Shown piece after piece: positions 27,587-37,900 of a DNA stretch of 64,000 nucleotides (position 1 is its first letter; each line of letters opens with the position of its first letter). The translations under genes and the position numbers were made by a program. Origin of the DNA: a virus (taxonomy: Duplodnaviria; Caudoviricetes); the IMG/VR virus record IMGVR_UViG_3300045391_001467, positions 1 through 64,000 of that record; one strand, written 5' to 3'. The notes beneath the pieces were generated by a model. That model searched no databases, was not told the origin of the DNA, and was given only the letters and a program-made list of their open reading frames with translations.

Positions 27587-27988
27587 ATGGCACTTGACCT
27601 ATCTACACTCGCATTGAGTGAATCTACCGAATACCAACTGCGTCATCCCGGTACGGATGAGCTTCTCTTTGCAGACGAAGAAAAAACGCAGCCCATCACA
27701 GCCATTATCTATGGCACAAGCTCTAAACAACATAGGAATGCAATTACAGCTTTGCAGAATAAGATTCTAAAGCGTGGTAAAGCCAAAGGTACTGCAGAAT
27801 CAATGCGAGAAGACGGTATTGACATTCTTGTTGCTTGTACAGATCGCTTTAATAATCTAACATACAACGGTGCAGCAGTTAATACTGATGCGACACTTCG
27901 TGCTCTTTATAGTGATCCTCAATTTGGCTGGATTAAATCTCAAATTGAAGAAGCTATAGAAGATACATCAGCTTTTTTGGGAAAGTAA
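27587..27988 (+). CDS. Tail assembly chaperone (gpG-like)
   Basis: Between tail tube and tape measure genes; ends at slippery G GGA AAG TAA. Confidence 0.8.
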   Translation: MALDLSTLALSESTEYQLRHPGTDELLFADEEKTQPITAIIYGTSSKQHRNAITALQNKILKRGKAKGTAESMREDGIDILVACTDRFNNLTYNGAAVNTDATLRALYSDPQFGWIKSQIEEAIEDTSAFLGK

Positions 27989-28419
27989 TTGAGGACTTAT
28001 GCCTTTATGCAAGGCATTTAGCTTGGCTACATGCTAAGCCAAAAGACAAAGATAAGACAAGACTGCAGGCATACCAAGAGGTTGATCCTGCAGGATTAGA
28101 ATATCCACCGACAGATGGTTTAGAACATGTTGTGTCCCATTTCCGTGAGTCAGGGATGATGTGCTATACAGGTATGGGCATAAGTCCTCTTACATGGTCT
28201 GAAATTGACTCTTGGCTTTCTAGAACTCAGCTTGAAATCCCCATATGGGAGATTTTATCAATTCGTGAAATGAGCATGGCCTATGTGGGAGAGTATAATC
28301 AAGCTTCCGATGAAGATAGACCTCCTCCGTATGCTTCACAAGCAATCAAACAACTTCAAAAACAAAAAGTAAACAACGATTTAAAGTCCTTCCTAAAATC
28401 CTCAACGAGAGCAAAATAA
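27979..28419 (+). CDS. Tail assembly chaperone -1 frameshift extension (gpGT-like)
   Basis: The -1 frame is open from GGGAAAG (27979-27985) as GKVIEDLCLYARHLAWL... through the track ORF 28132-28419. Confidence 0.8.
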   Translation, partial: GKVIEDLCLYARHLAWLHAKPKDKDKTRLQAYQEVDPAGLEYPPTDGLEHVVSHFRESGMMCYTGMGISPLTWSEIDSWLSRTQLEIPIWEILSIREMSMAYVGEYNQASDEDRPPPYASQAIKQLQKQKVNNDLKSFLKSSTRAK

Positions 28420-31400
28420 ATGGCAATCGACGTATCCCAACTTACCGTTAAAGTAATCTCTGAGGGGATTGACAAAGCTACTGAAAGTTTAAATAAGCTT
28501 GCAGATGCCTCTAGCAGAGTGGAGTCTAGCACACTTATAGTGAAGACTGCTACAGAAGCTTCTGATCAGTCTGTAAGTAAAGTAACTAAAACTACTTCGT
28601 CTTACATAGATAGATTACGAACCAAAGTAGATTTATTAGGAAAAGATACTGCACAAACAGCAGCATATATTGCTGCGCAGAAGGGATTAAGTTCTTCAGA
28701 CATCGCTCTGGCGAGTTCTCTTGGAGCACAAATAGATGCGTTTAAAGCTCGAACTAAGGAAGTAAGAGAAGCAGAAGCTGCAGAAAAAGCCCTACAGGCT
28801 ACCCAAGCTCGTGGGAATGCCTTGAATTTAGCAGGGCAAAGGGCAGCAGAATGGAAAAAGTTAGGTGAAGCTCAAGCAGAGGCTTTGCGGATGAATAAGG
28901 AGTATGACCTTTTTTCTGCTGCACATGAAGAAGCTTTAGCAATGAATGCAGCTTTGGATGAGTCATCGAAAAGGTATAAGCAAATTGCAGTAGATGCGAT
29001 TGCACGCGGTCAAGCTCAGAACTTAGAGATACAAGCTACTAGATTAGCTTCTAATGAAGTTAGTAAAGCCACATCCTATTCTAATGACTTAGCAAAATCG
29101 CAGAGCGCACAAATGGCGTCTGCTACTAAACTAGATGGTATACAAAAGTCCCTAGTTAATACCACAAAAATGAAATCAACGGCACAAGCAGAAGATGCAG
29201 CATCTATCTCTGCTTTACTTCAATCTATTGACCCACTAGAAAGAAAATTAGCTAAACTGGATGCAACTGAGAGGTTACTTACTTCAGCATTTAAAGCAGG
29301 AAAAGTGGATGCAGATGTTTATGCTGCAGCCTTAAGTAAAATTAGTTTAGCTAGGGATACTACTTCTGAAAAACAGTTAGAAAATGTAGCTAAGAATGCT
29401 TCAACGGCGGGAGAGGCACTAAAAGCGTTTTCTCTTAAGTCTGTAATGGCTCAACGTGAGCTTATGGTTATGGGCAGAGAAATTGCAAGGGGAGATTGGA
29501 CACGATTTGTTGGGTCTGCATCAATATTTGTAGATAGAGCTGGTTTAATGAATGCTGCTTTACTAGCCTTAAAAAGCCCTGTAACTGCAGTTGTGGCTGC
29601 ATTGGCTGGTTTAGCTATTGCAGCAGAAGTAGGTGCTAATGAATCTAATAAGTTTAATCAAGCGTTAATTCTTACAGGAAATTACGCAGGTATTACCACG
29701 GCACAAATGCAATCATTTGCTCAGGGAATGAAGGATATTTCCGGACAACATGCTGCTGCCCAAGCTCTTACAGAAGTAGCTAACACTGGAAGATTTGCAG
29801 GGGACCAAGTAGTTTTAGTAGGTAAAGCTGCCTTGCAGATGGAGAAAATGACAGGGCAAGCTGTGGAGAAGACAATTAAGCAGTTTGAAGATTTGTCTAA
29901 AAGTCCTGTTGAAGCTATTTACAAGCTTGATGAGCAATATCACTTCTTAACGGCAGATGTTTATGAGCAAATTAGAGCCCTTGATGAGCAAGGAAAACAT
30001 CAAGAAGCTTCTGATCTTGCAATGAAGACTTATGCTGATACGATAGATAAACGATCCCCTCAAATTCTAGAGAACCTAGGCTATATTGAAAAGGGATGGG
30101 CCGCTATTAAAAAGATCATGGTGGATGTTGTTAATAGTGCAGAAGGGCTAGGAAGAACTAAATCATTAGAAGACCAAAAGAAAGTGCTAGAGGGGATGCT
30201 TTCTTCCTCTAAGATAAAGGATGTTTCTGCCTTTGGCCCATCAGATAGTGAAGTCAGAAAAGAGATTCAATCGAAGCTGGATGTGATAAATGAAGCCATT
30301 CGTATGGCTAATAGAGCAGCCACGGAAACAGCCGAAAACACTAGAATACAATCTGCTGGAAAAGAAGCTTTAAAAGGGATTGACGATCATCTAGAAAAAA
30401 TGAAGGGTGAAATAAGGCTTCAGAAAGAGATTAATGAAATCACACAAAGATATATTAATCTTAGAAAAGCCGAGCAGAACGCTCCTAGTAAAGCTTACGA
30501 GGATAAGCTAGCAGGTGTAACTTTTGATGAAAAAGGTAATCCTAGTGGCGGTTTGTTTCAACAGGAAGTGGAGGATGCCAAGCGTAAGAACAAAATAGCT
30601 TCCCCTCGGACAAATGAATACGGTATTGATGCAGCTTTACAAGCAAATAAAAACAAAATACAAGAAGTAGCAGATGGGTTAAGAGAATCTCTGGATAGAA
30701 TTAAATCCCAATATAATAGGGGTGAAATAGACACTGAAACTTATCTTCGTAACGAGTTTTTAAGAAAAGATGAAGCTTATGCTAAAGAATATGATCTAGC
30801 GGAAAAGAATCTTGAGATTGCAAAAGGTAAGAAGAATGTAGCAGCAGTAGAAAAAGCTGAAAAAGAAATTAAAAAAATACAAGATGAAGCTTATTTAAAT
30901 ACATCGCAATACATTGAAAGCTTAAATACTCTTGACAAGAAAAGGCAAGACAACGTTAAAAAGCTTACAGACAGCTTGGTAGCTGAGTATAACGCCAGAC
31001 AAGAAGAGATAGACAACACTTTAAATAGTAGTGGACTTGGGGCAAAAGCTCAAGATGCTTTGGCTAGAGAATTACAAGCTAGGAGAGCATTCAATACCGA
31101 GATGAAGCGACTTGATGCTGAGTTACTGAAAGGTGAGCAGCATGGTGGGATTAATACAGATACTTACAACAAAGAGACTGAAGTTCTTCGTCAAAATCTA
31201 GAAAAAAGATTAGCCCAAGAACGAAAATTTTCCTCTGACAAATTAGAAGCAGAAGCTAATTGGACAAACGGTGCCAAAAGGGCTTTAAATGATTACCAAG
31301 AGAGTGCAAACAATGTAGCAGCACAAACTCAAAATGTCTTTGCAGATGGGTTCAAAGGCATGGAAGATGCTCTCACCACCTTCATCACAACAGGTAAATT

Positions 31401-31890
31401 AAGCTTTGGTTCTCTAGTACAGTCTATCTTAAATGGTATGGCTAGAATAGAAGCAAGGAGGTTTTTATCTAGTTTGATGGGTGGAAGCTCTGGGGGAGGA
31501 TTTCTTGGACCACTGTTATCTCTAGGTATTACTGCTTTTGGTGGGTATGGCGCTAGTGCAGGGTTATCAGGTGATGCAGCAACTATCGCTAACGGTGTAG
31601 CTGAAGCAGGAGGTATTCCTAATTATTATGCGGATGGTGGTGATCCGCCAGTTAATCAGCCATCAATAGTAGGTGAACGCGGCCCTGAATTATTCGTTCC
31701 TAAACAAGCAGGAACAATTATACCTAATGAAAAATTAGGGGGAAACAGTACACAGATTACTTATTCCCCTGTTATTAACATTGATAGCCGCTCGGATAGG
31801 GCACAAGTAATGCAAGATGTACAAAATTCTATTAAAGCTGGACATGCACAGCTTTTAGATGATTTAAGAAGAAGAAGGATTATAACATAA
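28420..31890 (+). CDS. Tape measure protein, lambda-like
   Basis: 1156 aa, Ala/Lys/Glu-rich; ANWTNGAKRAL...FKGMEDAL C-terminal signature; ADGG...IVGERGPELFVP. Confidence 0.92.
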   Translation: MAIDVSQLTVKVISEGIDKATESLNKLADASSRVESSTLIVKTATEASDQSVSKVTKTTSSYIDRLRTKVDLLGKDTAQTAAYIAAQKGLSSSDIALASSLGAQIDAFKARTKEVREAEAAEKALQATQARGNALNLAGQRAAEWKKLGEAQAEALRMNKEYDLFSAAHEEALAMNAALDESSKRYKQIAVDAIARGQAQNLEIQATRLASNEVSKATSYSNDLAKSQSAQMASATKLDGIQKSLVNTTKMKSTAQAEDAASISALLQSIDPLERKLAKLDATERLLTSAFKAGKVDADVYAAALSKISLARDTTSEKQLENVAKNASTAGEALKAFSLKSVMAQRELMVMGREIARGDWTRFVGSASIFVDRAGLMNAALLALKSPVTAVVAALAGLAIAAEVGANESNKFNQALILTGNYAGITTAQMQSFAQGMKDISGQHAAAQALTEVANTGRFAGDQVVLVGKAALQMEKMTGQAVEKTIKQFEDLSKSPVEAIYKLDEQYHFLTADVYEQIRALDEQGKHQEASDLAMKTYADTIDKRSPQILENLGYIEKGWAAIKKIMVDVVNSAEGLGRTKSLEDQKKVLEGMLSSSKIKDVSAFGPSDSEVRKEIQSKLDVINEAIRMANRAATETAENTRIQSAGKEALKGIDDHLEKMKGEIRLQKEINEITQRYINLRKAEQNAPSKAYEDKLAGVTFDEKGNPSGGLFQQEVEDAKRKNKIASPRTNEYGIDAALQANKNKIQEVADGLRESLDRIKSQYNRGEIDTETYLRNEFLRKDEAYAKEYDLAEKNLEIAKGKKNVAAVEKAEKEIKKIQDEAYLNTSQYIESLNTLDKKRQDNVKKLTDSLVAEYNARQEEIDNTLNSSGLGAKAQDALARELQARRAFNTEMKRLDAELLKGEQHGGINTDTYNKETEVLRQNLEKRLAQERKFSSDKLEAEANWTNGAKRALNDYQESANNVAAQTQNVFADGFKGMEDALTTFITTGKLSFGSLVQSILNGMARIEARRFLSSLMGGSSGGGFLGPLLSLGITAFGGYGASAGLSGDAATIANGVAEAGGIPNYYADGGDPPVNQPSIVGERGPELFVPKQAGTIIPNEKLGGNSTQITYSPVINIDSRSDRAQVMQDVQNSIKAGHAQLLDDLRRRRIIT

Positions 31891-33092
31891 TGACGTTAGA
31901 TGCAAAAACATTTTCTCAATTAATTACGTTTTCTCGGTCAACAACAGGGACTAGGAGAACTGCAGCAGGTTTGGTAGAAACAGTGGCAATTAATCAGCCG
32001 CGTTTTGATTTCGATCCATTGACAGGTCAAGCTCTAGGAATTTTGATTGAAGAGTCACGGACGAATTTACTGACTTATTCAGAGCAACTTGATAACGCAG
32101 CTTGGAGTAAGACGAGGTCAAGTGTTTCAGCTAATGCAACTACCGCGCCTGATGGTACAACAACAGCAGACAAGATTGTAGAAGATTCCACTGCAACTAG
32201 TACCCATTTTATCGTACAGACAGCATCTGTTGTAAGTGGTACAACCTACACTTACTCTGGATTTTTTAAGGCGGCAGGCCGTTCAACATTTCTCTTCTAT
32301 GCATCATCTCTAGGGGCAAATGTACAAGTTGACCTTACTGCAAAGACTGCGACAGGCGGGGGTACTGGATTTGTATCATGCTCAATTGAAGAATATCCAA
32401 ATAGCTGGTTCCGCGTAAAGTTGACGTATACAGAAAATACAACAGCAGCTAGGTCCCATGCTGTATTTCTGTCATCAAGTGGAAATACCACCTATTCTGG
32501 GGATGGCTCATCTGGTATTTATGCATGGGGGCTACAGCTTGAAGTAGGGACATTTGCTACATCTTATATCTTCACAACTTCAGCACAAGTCACCCGAGCA
32601 GCAGACGTAGCAACGATTTCTACATCGTCCATTCCAAGCTTTAATGCAAGTGAAGGGACACTGGTTGTTGAAGCTATTCCTTACAACGCGAACTCTGCAG
32701 CAGATGGGTCTTCGCAAGCTCCTGCTGTTATTGCGGTAGATGGAGGTTCCATTGCGAATGAAATTGCAGTTCAGCGTGATGCCACAACCAATCTTCCAAG
32801 AGGTTTTGTTCGTGTCAGTAATGCACTGCAAGCCTCTATGGCAGGGGCAGTTGCATGGTCGTCCGGCACATCGGGGAAGATTGCGGTGGCCTACAAGTCG
32901 AATGATTTTGCGTTCGTTTTCAATGGTGGAACGGTAATCACTGACACAGCAGGCTCTGTTCCAACAGTGACAACACTTAGATTGGGTTCAAGAGCAGGAG
33001 GGGTTGGATATTGGAGTGGACGTATTAAAAGTGTCACATATTATCCATCACGTCTAACGAACGCAGAATTGCAGCAGGTGACAACACCATGA
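31890..33092 (+). CDS. Putative carbohydrate-binding fibre/spike protein (lectin-like beta-sandwich domains)
   Basis: FSRSTTG...PRFDFDP...LIEESRTNLL N-terminus, GIYAWGLQLE, C-terminal LamG-like LRLGS...SGRIKSVTYYP. Confidence 0.6.
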   Translation: MTLDAKTFSQLITFSRSTTGTRRTAAGLVETVAINQPRFDFDPLTGQALGILIEESRTNLLTYSEQLDNAAWSKTRSSVSANATTAPDGTTTADKIVEDSTATSTHFIVQTASVVSGTTYTYSGFFKAAGRSTFLFYASSLGANVQVDLTAKTATGGGTGFVSCSIEEYPNSWFRVKLTYTENTTAARSHAVFLSSSGNTTYSGDGSSGIYAWGLQLEVGTFATSYIFTTSAQVTRAADVATISTSSIPSFNASEGTLVVEAIPYNANSAADGSSQAPAVIAVDGGSIANEIAVQRDATTNLPRGFVRVSNALQASMAGAVAWSSGTSGKIAVAYKSNDFAFVFNGGTVITDTAGSVPTVTTLRLGSRAGGVGYWSGRIKSVTYYPSRLTNAELQQVTTP

Positions 33093-33355
33093 TTCATTAT
33101 CTTAAATTTTCAGATAGTGAAGAATACCAATCTTTGCTATCTGAAGTGGCTGACGATGTAAAATCTTTATTAACACTTGATGAAATCGGTACTATTTTTC
33201 AAGGCGGGGAATACGCTGAAGATGGTACTGAAGTTTCTCCTGCTGTCGCTTTAAACGGTTGGCATGTGAATGTGCTAGGAGAGCTTCCAGAGGATTGGAA
33301 GCAGTACGAGATTCAAACTCCTAACACCCCAACCCGTATTTTTGCAGGGTATTGA
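33089..33355 (+). CDS. Small acidic partner of the fibre-like gene
   Basis: ATGA overlaps at both ends; GWHVNV...TPNTPTRIFA. Confidence 0.55.
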   Translation: MIHYLKFSDSEEYQSLLSEVADDVKSLLTLDEIGTIFQGGEYAEDGTEVSPAVALNGWHVNVLGELPEDWKQYEIQTPNTPTRIFAGY

Positions 33356-34026
33356 TCATGTCAGTAATTTCTTTTTCTGATTCTCTTTCAGTCAGTAAAA
33401 TGACATGGGCACAATATCGTAATGATCTTGAGTTTAGAAGTAGCTTTGGTGCGCAAGCAGTAGAAATTTCCCCCCCATGTTGGATGGTTACAGTGGAAGC
33501 TACCCCTATGAACGAAGCTGACTCTGGGGCATGGAAAGCGTTTGTGATGCAGACTAGGGGCAAAACCAATCAAGTTTCAATTCATGACCTTAATAGACCA
33601 GCTCCGCTAGGAACCTTACGCGGAACAGTAACCCTCTTGAATAGTGTAAGTCAGGGTGCCACCACCATGACAATTAATGGTGGTTATGACGCTGCAGGTA
33701 AAACCTTAGTTGCTGGGGATTTGTTGGGGCTTGGAACAGGGACTACACAACAGTTGGTAATGGTTACTGCTGATGCTTCTAGTTCCTCTGAAACTAGGTC
33801 TATGTTTTTAGATTTTGCGAATAACTTGTATTCTGCTGGAACAGTAGGGGATATCACTATCACGTTTGAACCCGCTCTCCGTAATGCTTTTACGGCTGGA
33901 GCAGCAATTACTTGGGATAAGCCTACAGCATTATTCCGACGTAAAGACTCTCAGGTAGCTTGGGAATACTCAGATTGTTTAACTAGTGGTTTCTCAATGC
34001 AATTTATTGAAGACTGGCGTGCATAA
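33352..34026 (+). CDS. Distal tail (Dit-like) protein
   Basis: First tail-tip gene after the tape measure block; ITFEPALR pattern. Confidence 0.6.
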   Translation: MIMSVISFSDSLSVSKMTWAQYRNDLEFRSSFGAQAVEISPPCWMVTVEATPMNEADSGAWKAFVMQTRGKTNQVSIHDLNRPAPLGTLRGTVTLLNSVSQGATTMTINGGYDAAGKTLVAGDLLGLGTGTTQQLVMVTADASSSSETRSMFLDFANNLYSAGTVGDITITFEPALRNAFTAGAAITWDKPTALFRRKDSQVAWEYSDCLTSGFSMQFIEDWRA

Positions 34027-34038
34027 TAAGGATAAAAG

Positions 34039-34620
34039 ATGACAATACTTTCTACAGCTCAACAAGCAGAAGTAGAAAAGCCAGTCACTAGGGTAGTATA
34101 TTTTGCTGAGTTTCATTTTGAAAGTGGAACTCAGTATTTATCTTCTCTTGTTGGCACGTATACTTGGGGCGGTCATGATTGGATTGGGCTTGGTGCAGCA
34201 GGTGGAATTAGCGCAGTAGAAGAAGCAGATTCTGTAGATGCCAAATCTTTAGAGTTTACCTTAAATATTGCAGTGCAATCTTACCTTGCTTTAGCCATTG
34301 GTGCAGTTGAAGAGTATAGGGGCAGGATTGCAAAGCTGTATATGTGCCCTCTTGACGAAAATTTTACATTAGTAGGAACACCTGTAGTTTGCTGGACTGG
34401 CATCATGGATACAATGAGTGCAGGTGTTGATAAAGATGGAAGTGGGCAGATAGTGCTGAAATGTGAAACTGCTGCTTATGGTCTGAAAAGGCAACCAGCC
34501 CTGAGAATGACCCCAGAGCAACAAAAGCAAAGGCATCCAAACGACACAGGTTTTGATTACTTGTCTGACATTATCAATAAACCACAAACTTGGCTTTCCA
34601 TTAAATTCCAGCGGGTGTAA
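34039..34620 (+). CDS. Minor tail tip protein (gpL-like position)
   Basis: WGGHDWIGLG...AVEE and C-terminal QQKQRHPNDTGFDY patterns. Confidence 0.65.
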   Translation: MTILSTAQQAEVEKPVTRVVYFAEFHFESGTQYLSSLVGTYTWGGHDWIGLGAAGGISAVEEADSVDAKSLEFTLNIAVQSYLALAIGAVEEYRGRIAKLYMCPLDENFTLVGTPVVCWTGIMDTMSAGVDKDGSGQIVLKCETAAYGLKRQPALRMTPEQQKQRHPNDTGFDYLSDIINKPQTWLSIKFQRV

Positions 34621-34629
34621 TTTATTCAT

Positions 34630-34992
34630 ATGACGTTATCAGAATATGTAGAACAATCATTTCATAGACCATTTAAGTGGGGTGAGCATGATTGCACACT
34701 GTTCGTCATAAATTGGATAAAAGAAGCTACCGGAAAAGACTTCCTAGAGACTTTACCAAAGTGGAACTCAGAAAGAGAAGCTTTGGGGTTAATAAAGTCT
34801 CTAGGAGGCTTAGAGAAAGCTTGTGACGACAGATTAAAAAGAATACCAGTTGTGCAAGCCAAGAATGGAGATATCGGGATGATAGATAAATCTTTGTGCT
34901 TATTTATAGGCCCAAGAATTGTCGCAACAGGGGTTAATGGTTTGATATATTTTAATAGAGGTGATGCCAAATGCGCTTGGCAATATTATTAG
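34630..34992 (+). CDS. NlpC/P60-like tail tip protein (gpK-like)
   Basis: FKWGEHDCTLF catalytic Cys motif; AKNGDIG. Confidence 0.7.
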   Translation: MTLSEYVEQSFHRPFKWGEHDCTLFVINWIKEATGKDFLETLPKWNSEREALGLIKSLGGLEKACDDRLKRIPVVQAKNGDIGMIDKSLCLFIGPRIVATGVNGLIYFNRGDAKCAWQYY

Positions 34993-37900
34993 TGTGGTTG
35001 CTGTCGCCTATGGCAGCTTTTTCAGCACCAGCAGTAGCAGCAGTAGCTGCATGGGTTTCTACCAATGTAGTTCTTACGCAGGTACTACTCACAATTGCAA
35101 TGGCTGCATATGGTAATGCAAGACGTAGGCGAGCAGAGCGAGCAGCAAAAGATGCTTACAACAATAGCTTAGCTGACAGAACTATTACTTCTGTAGCAAC
35201 AGATTCCCCTTATGTTTATGTGTATGGTAGGGCAAGGGTAGGTAGTGCTGTTCGGGCTATTTTTACATCAGGGGATAAAGACCAATATAAACATCTTGTA
35301 TGTGTGCATGCAGCTCATGAATGTGATGCTATTGAAGAAATTTATATTGCAGGTAAAGCGCTTGGAACGCTTGATGCAGATGGACTTGTAACATCTGGTG
35401 ATTACTATAAGCTAGCCACTCATGCCGTTGAGCATGAGATGACCACTAACACATATACCGTGGATCAAACCGGGATAGTGGCTGACAGTGTTGGGGTGGT
35501 TTATGAAGATTCAAATAATGGTGGTGGTGGGCAAGTTGAATTCACTTACAGTGGTGGTGTAGTTACTGTTGACCCAGAACTATTTACTTCATTATCTACT
35601 TCTGCAAAAGTCTATGTTAAGTGGTATTACACTACAAACGCATCTCGGGTACGTGTTAAAAAACACTTAGGTACTGCAGGTGATCCAGTTGATTCTTATC
35701 TGCATGGATTACTTCCTACTAAATGGCCTACTACAGCAACGTTGGATGGGTTCTGCTACACAGTAATTACATTAGACTTGAATCAACCTGAGTTTCAATC
35801 AGGTATCCCAGCTATTGAAGTTTTGTTGCGTGGTAAGAAAGTATATGATCCAAGAACAGATACTACTGTATGGAGTCAAAATCCCGCCCTGATCATCAAT
35901 GATTATCTGACTAGCGAAATGTGTGGAGTAGACTCGTCAGACATTCCACAGGACTATCTAATCTCTGCTGCTAATGATTGCGATGAAGTTGTTGCAATGG
36001 CTGAGATTGATTCTAATGGTAGCTATGTTTCCGGTGCTCGTTATACATTCAACGGCACTGTGACATCAGAGCAGAATCAACAAGAAGTATTGAATCAGAT
36101 GGCAGATTCTATGGGTGGTGGTATTACATCTACTTCTTGGAAAATGTGGGCCGGTGTTTACACCGCACCTGTATTATCTCTTACTCAAGATGACATTGTA
36201 GGCTCTATTTCTATTACTCCGGGTGTATCTGATGCTGACTTGTTTAATGGTGTAAAAGGCCAATATGCAAATGGCCTTAATAATTACGTAACATCAGACT
36301 ACAAGCCTTACCAAAACAGCACATATGTTACAGGTGACGGTAGGGAGCTTTGGCATAATCTAGACTTCCCTTACACAGATAATGTACAGCGCGTTTGGAA
36401 TCTTTGCAGAATATTCACTGAAGATCAACGGAATAGTTACACAGTGACTGCCGAGTTTTCAATGAAAGCTTGGGATATCAACGTAGGGGATAGGGTGTAT
36501 TTGACAAGTGACTTGTTTGGCTGGTCAAATAAAGTATTTCGAGTTGTAGATAAGAAGTTTTCTCCCTCATCCCCTGTAGAGTTGTCCCTAAAGGAAGATG
36601 CTAGTTCTATTTGGGATTTTGTTGATGCAGCAGAGCTAGATGAAACACCTAACACTGACTTACCAAATCCTTTTGATGTTGAAGAACTAACTTCTTTGAC
36701 TTGTTCATCAGGTGATGATGATTTGTTACTACAAGCGGATGGTACAGTAGTTTCTCGTATTAAAGTTGAGTGGCCTGAAGCTACAACACAAGCTGTATTT
36801 ACTAATGGGCTTATTGAAGTAGAATGGTTAAGAACTGGTGAATCTGTTTGGAATAAGGTAGTCGTATCTGGAAATGAAACGGGTGCATATCTTTCTCCTG
36901 CGCATGATGGTAGTTTTTATACAATACGGGCAAGAGCGGTTAATCCATATTTTAACGTAAAATCAGATTGGATTTATACTCTCCATCAAGTAGTAGGTAA
37001 GAGTGCTAATCCACCAGATGTTACGGGGTTTGCTGTTTCAGTGTTAAGTGATGCTACAAGACATTTCTCTTGGACAGTATCAGACCAGCCTGTCGATGTA
37101 TTACATGGTGGTGGGTATATTATCAAGTATAGAACTGCTGGTAGCGGTACTCCTTTTGCATCAATGACTCCTTTGCATACGGGATTACTTACTCAGTCAC
37201 CTTATGATACAAGAAGTCCTGCTGCAGGTACATATGACTTTGCTATTGCGGCATTGGACAGTAGTGGTAATGAGTCTGCTAGTGCAGCATTGGTGAGTAG
37301 CGTAGTTATTACAGACACTAGCACAGCTTCAACTGCACTAGCAGCAGCAAATGCAGCTCAGGCAGACGCTACAAGCGCCCTTAGCCAATTGAGTGATATT
37401 GCCAATGATAACTTGTTAGTACCTTCTGAGAAGACAAGTGTAATTGGAAACTACTCTGTTATTACAGGTGAACAAGCAGGTATTGACGCACAAGCTACAG
37501 CTTATGGTATTACTACCGAGAAAACGGCTTATGATAGTGCTGTGTCTACTCTTACTACCTACTTAGGAACTTTAACATCTCCTGTAGCATGGAATAATAC
37601 TTCTGGTAATACAACAATTGTAGGTTCTACATTTAGAACAAACTTTGCGAATGTTTATACTACTCGGCAAGCATTATTGAATGCTATTTATGCTGCAGCC
37701 AAGACTCTTGCAAATAATGCACAAACTACAGCTAATACTGCCGTAACTAATGCTGCTGCTGCACAAACTGATGCTACAAATGCTTTGAGTCAGCTATCTA
37801 GTATTACTAGCGATAGCATTCTTGCTAAGAATGAGAAGATTCCTGTCATCAAAGATGTGAATTCTATTCTTAATGATTTTGTAAAGAATAGAATTCAAGC

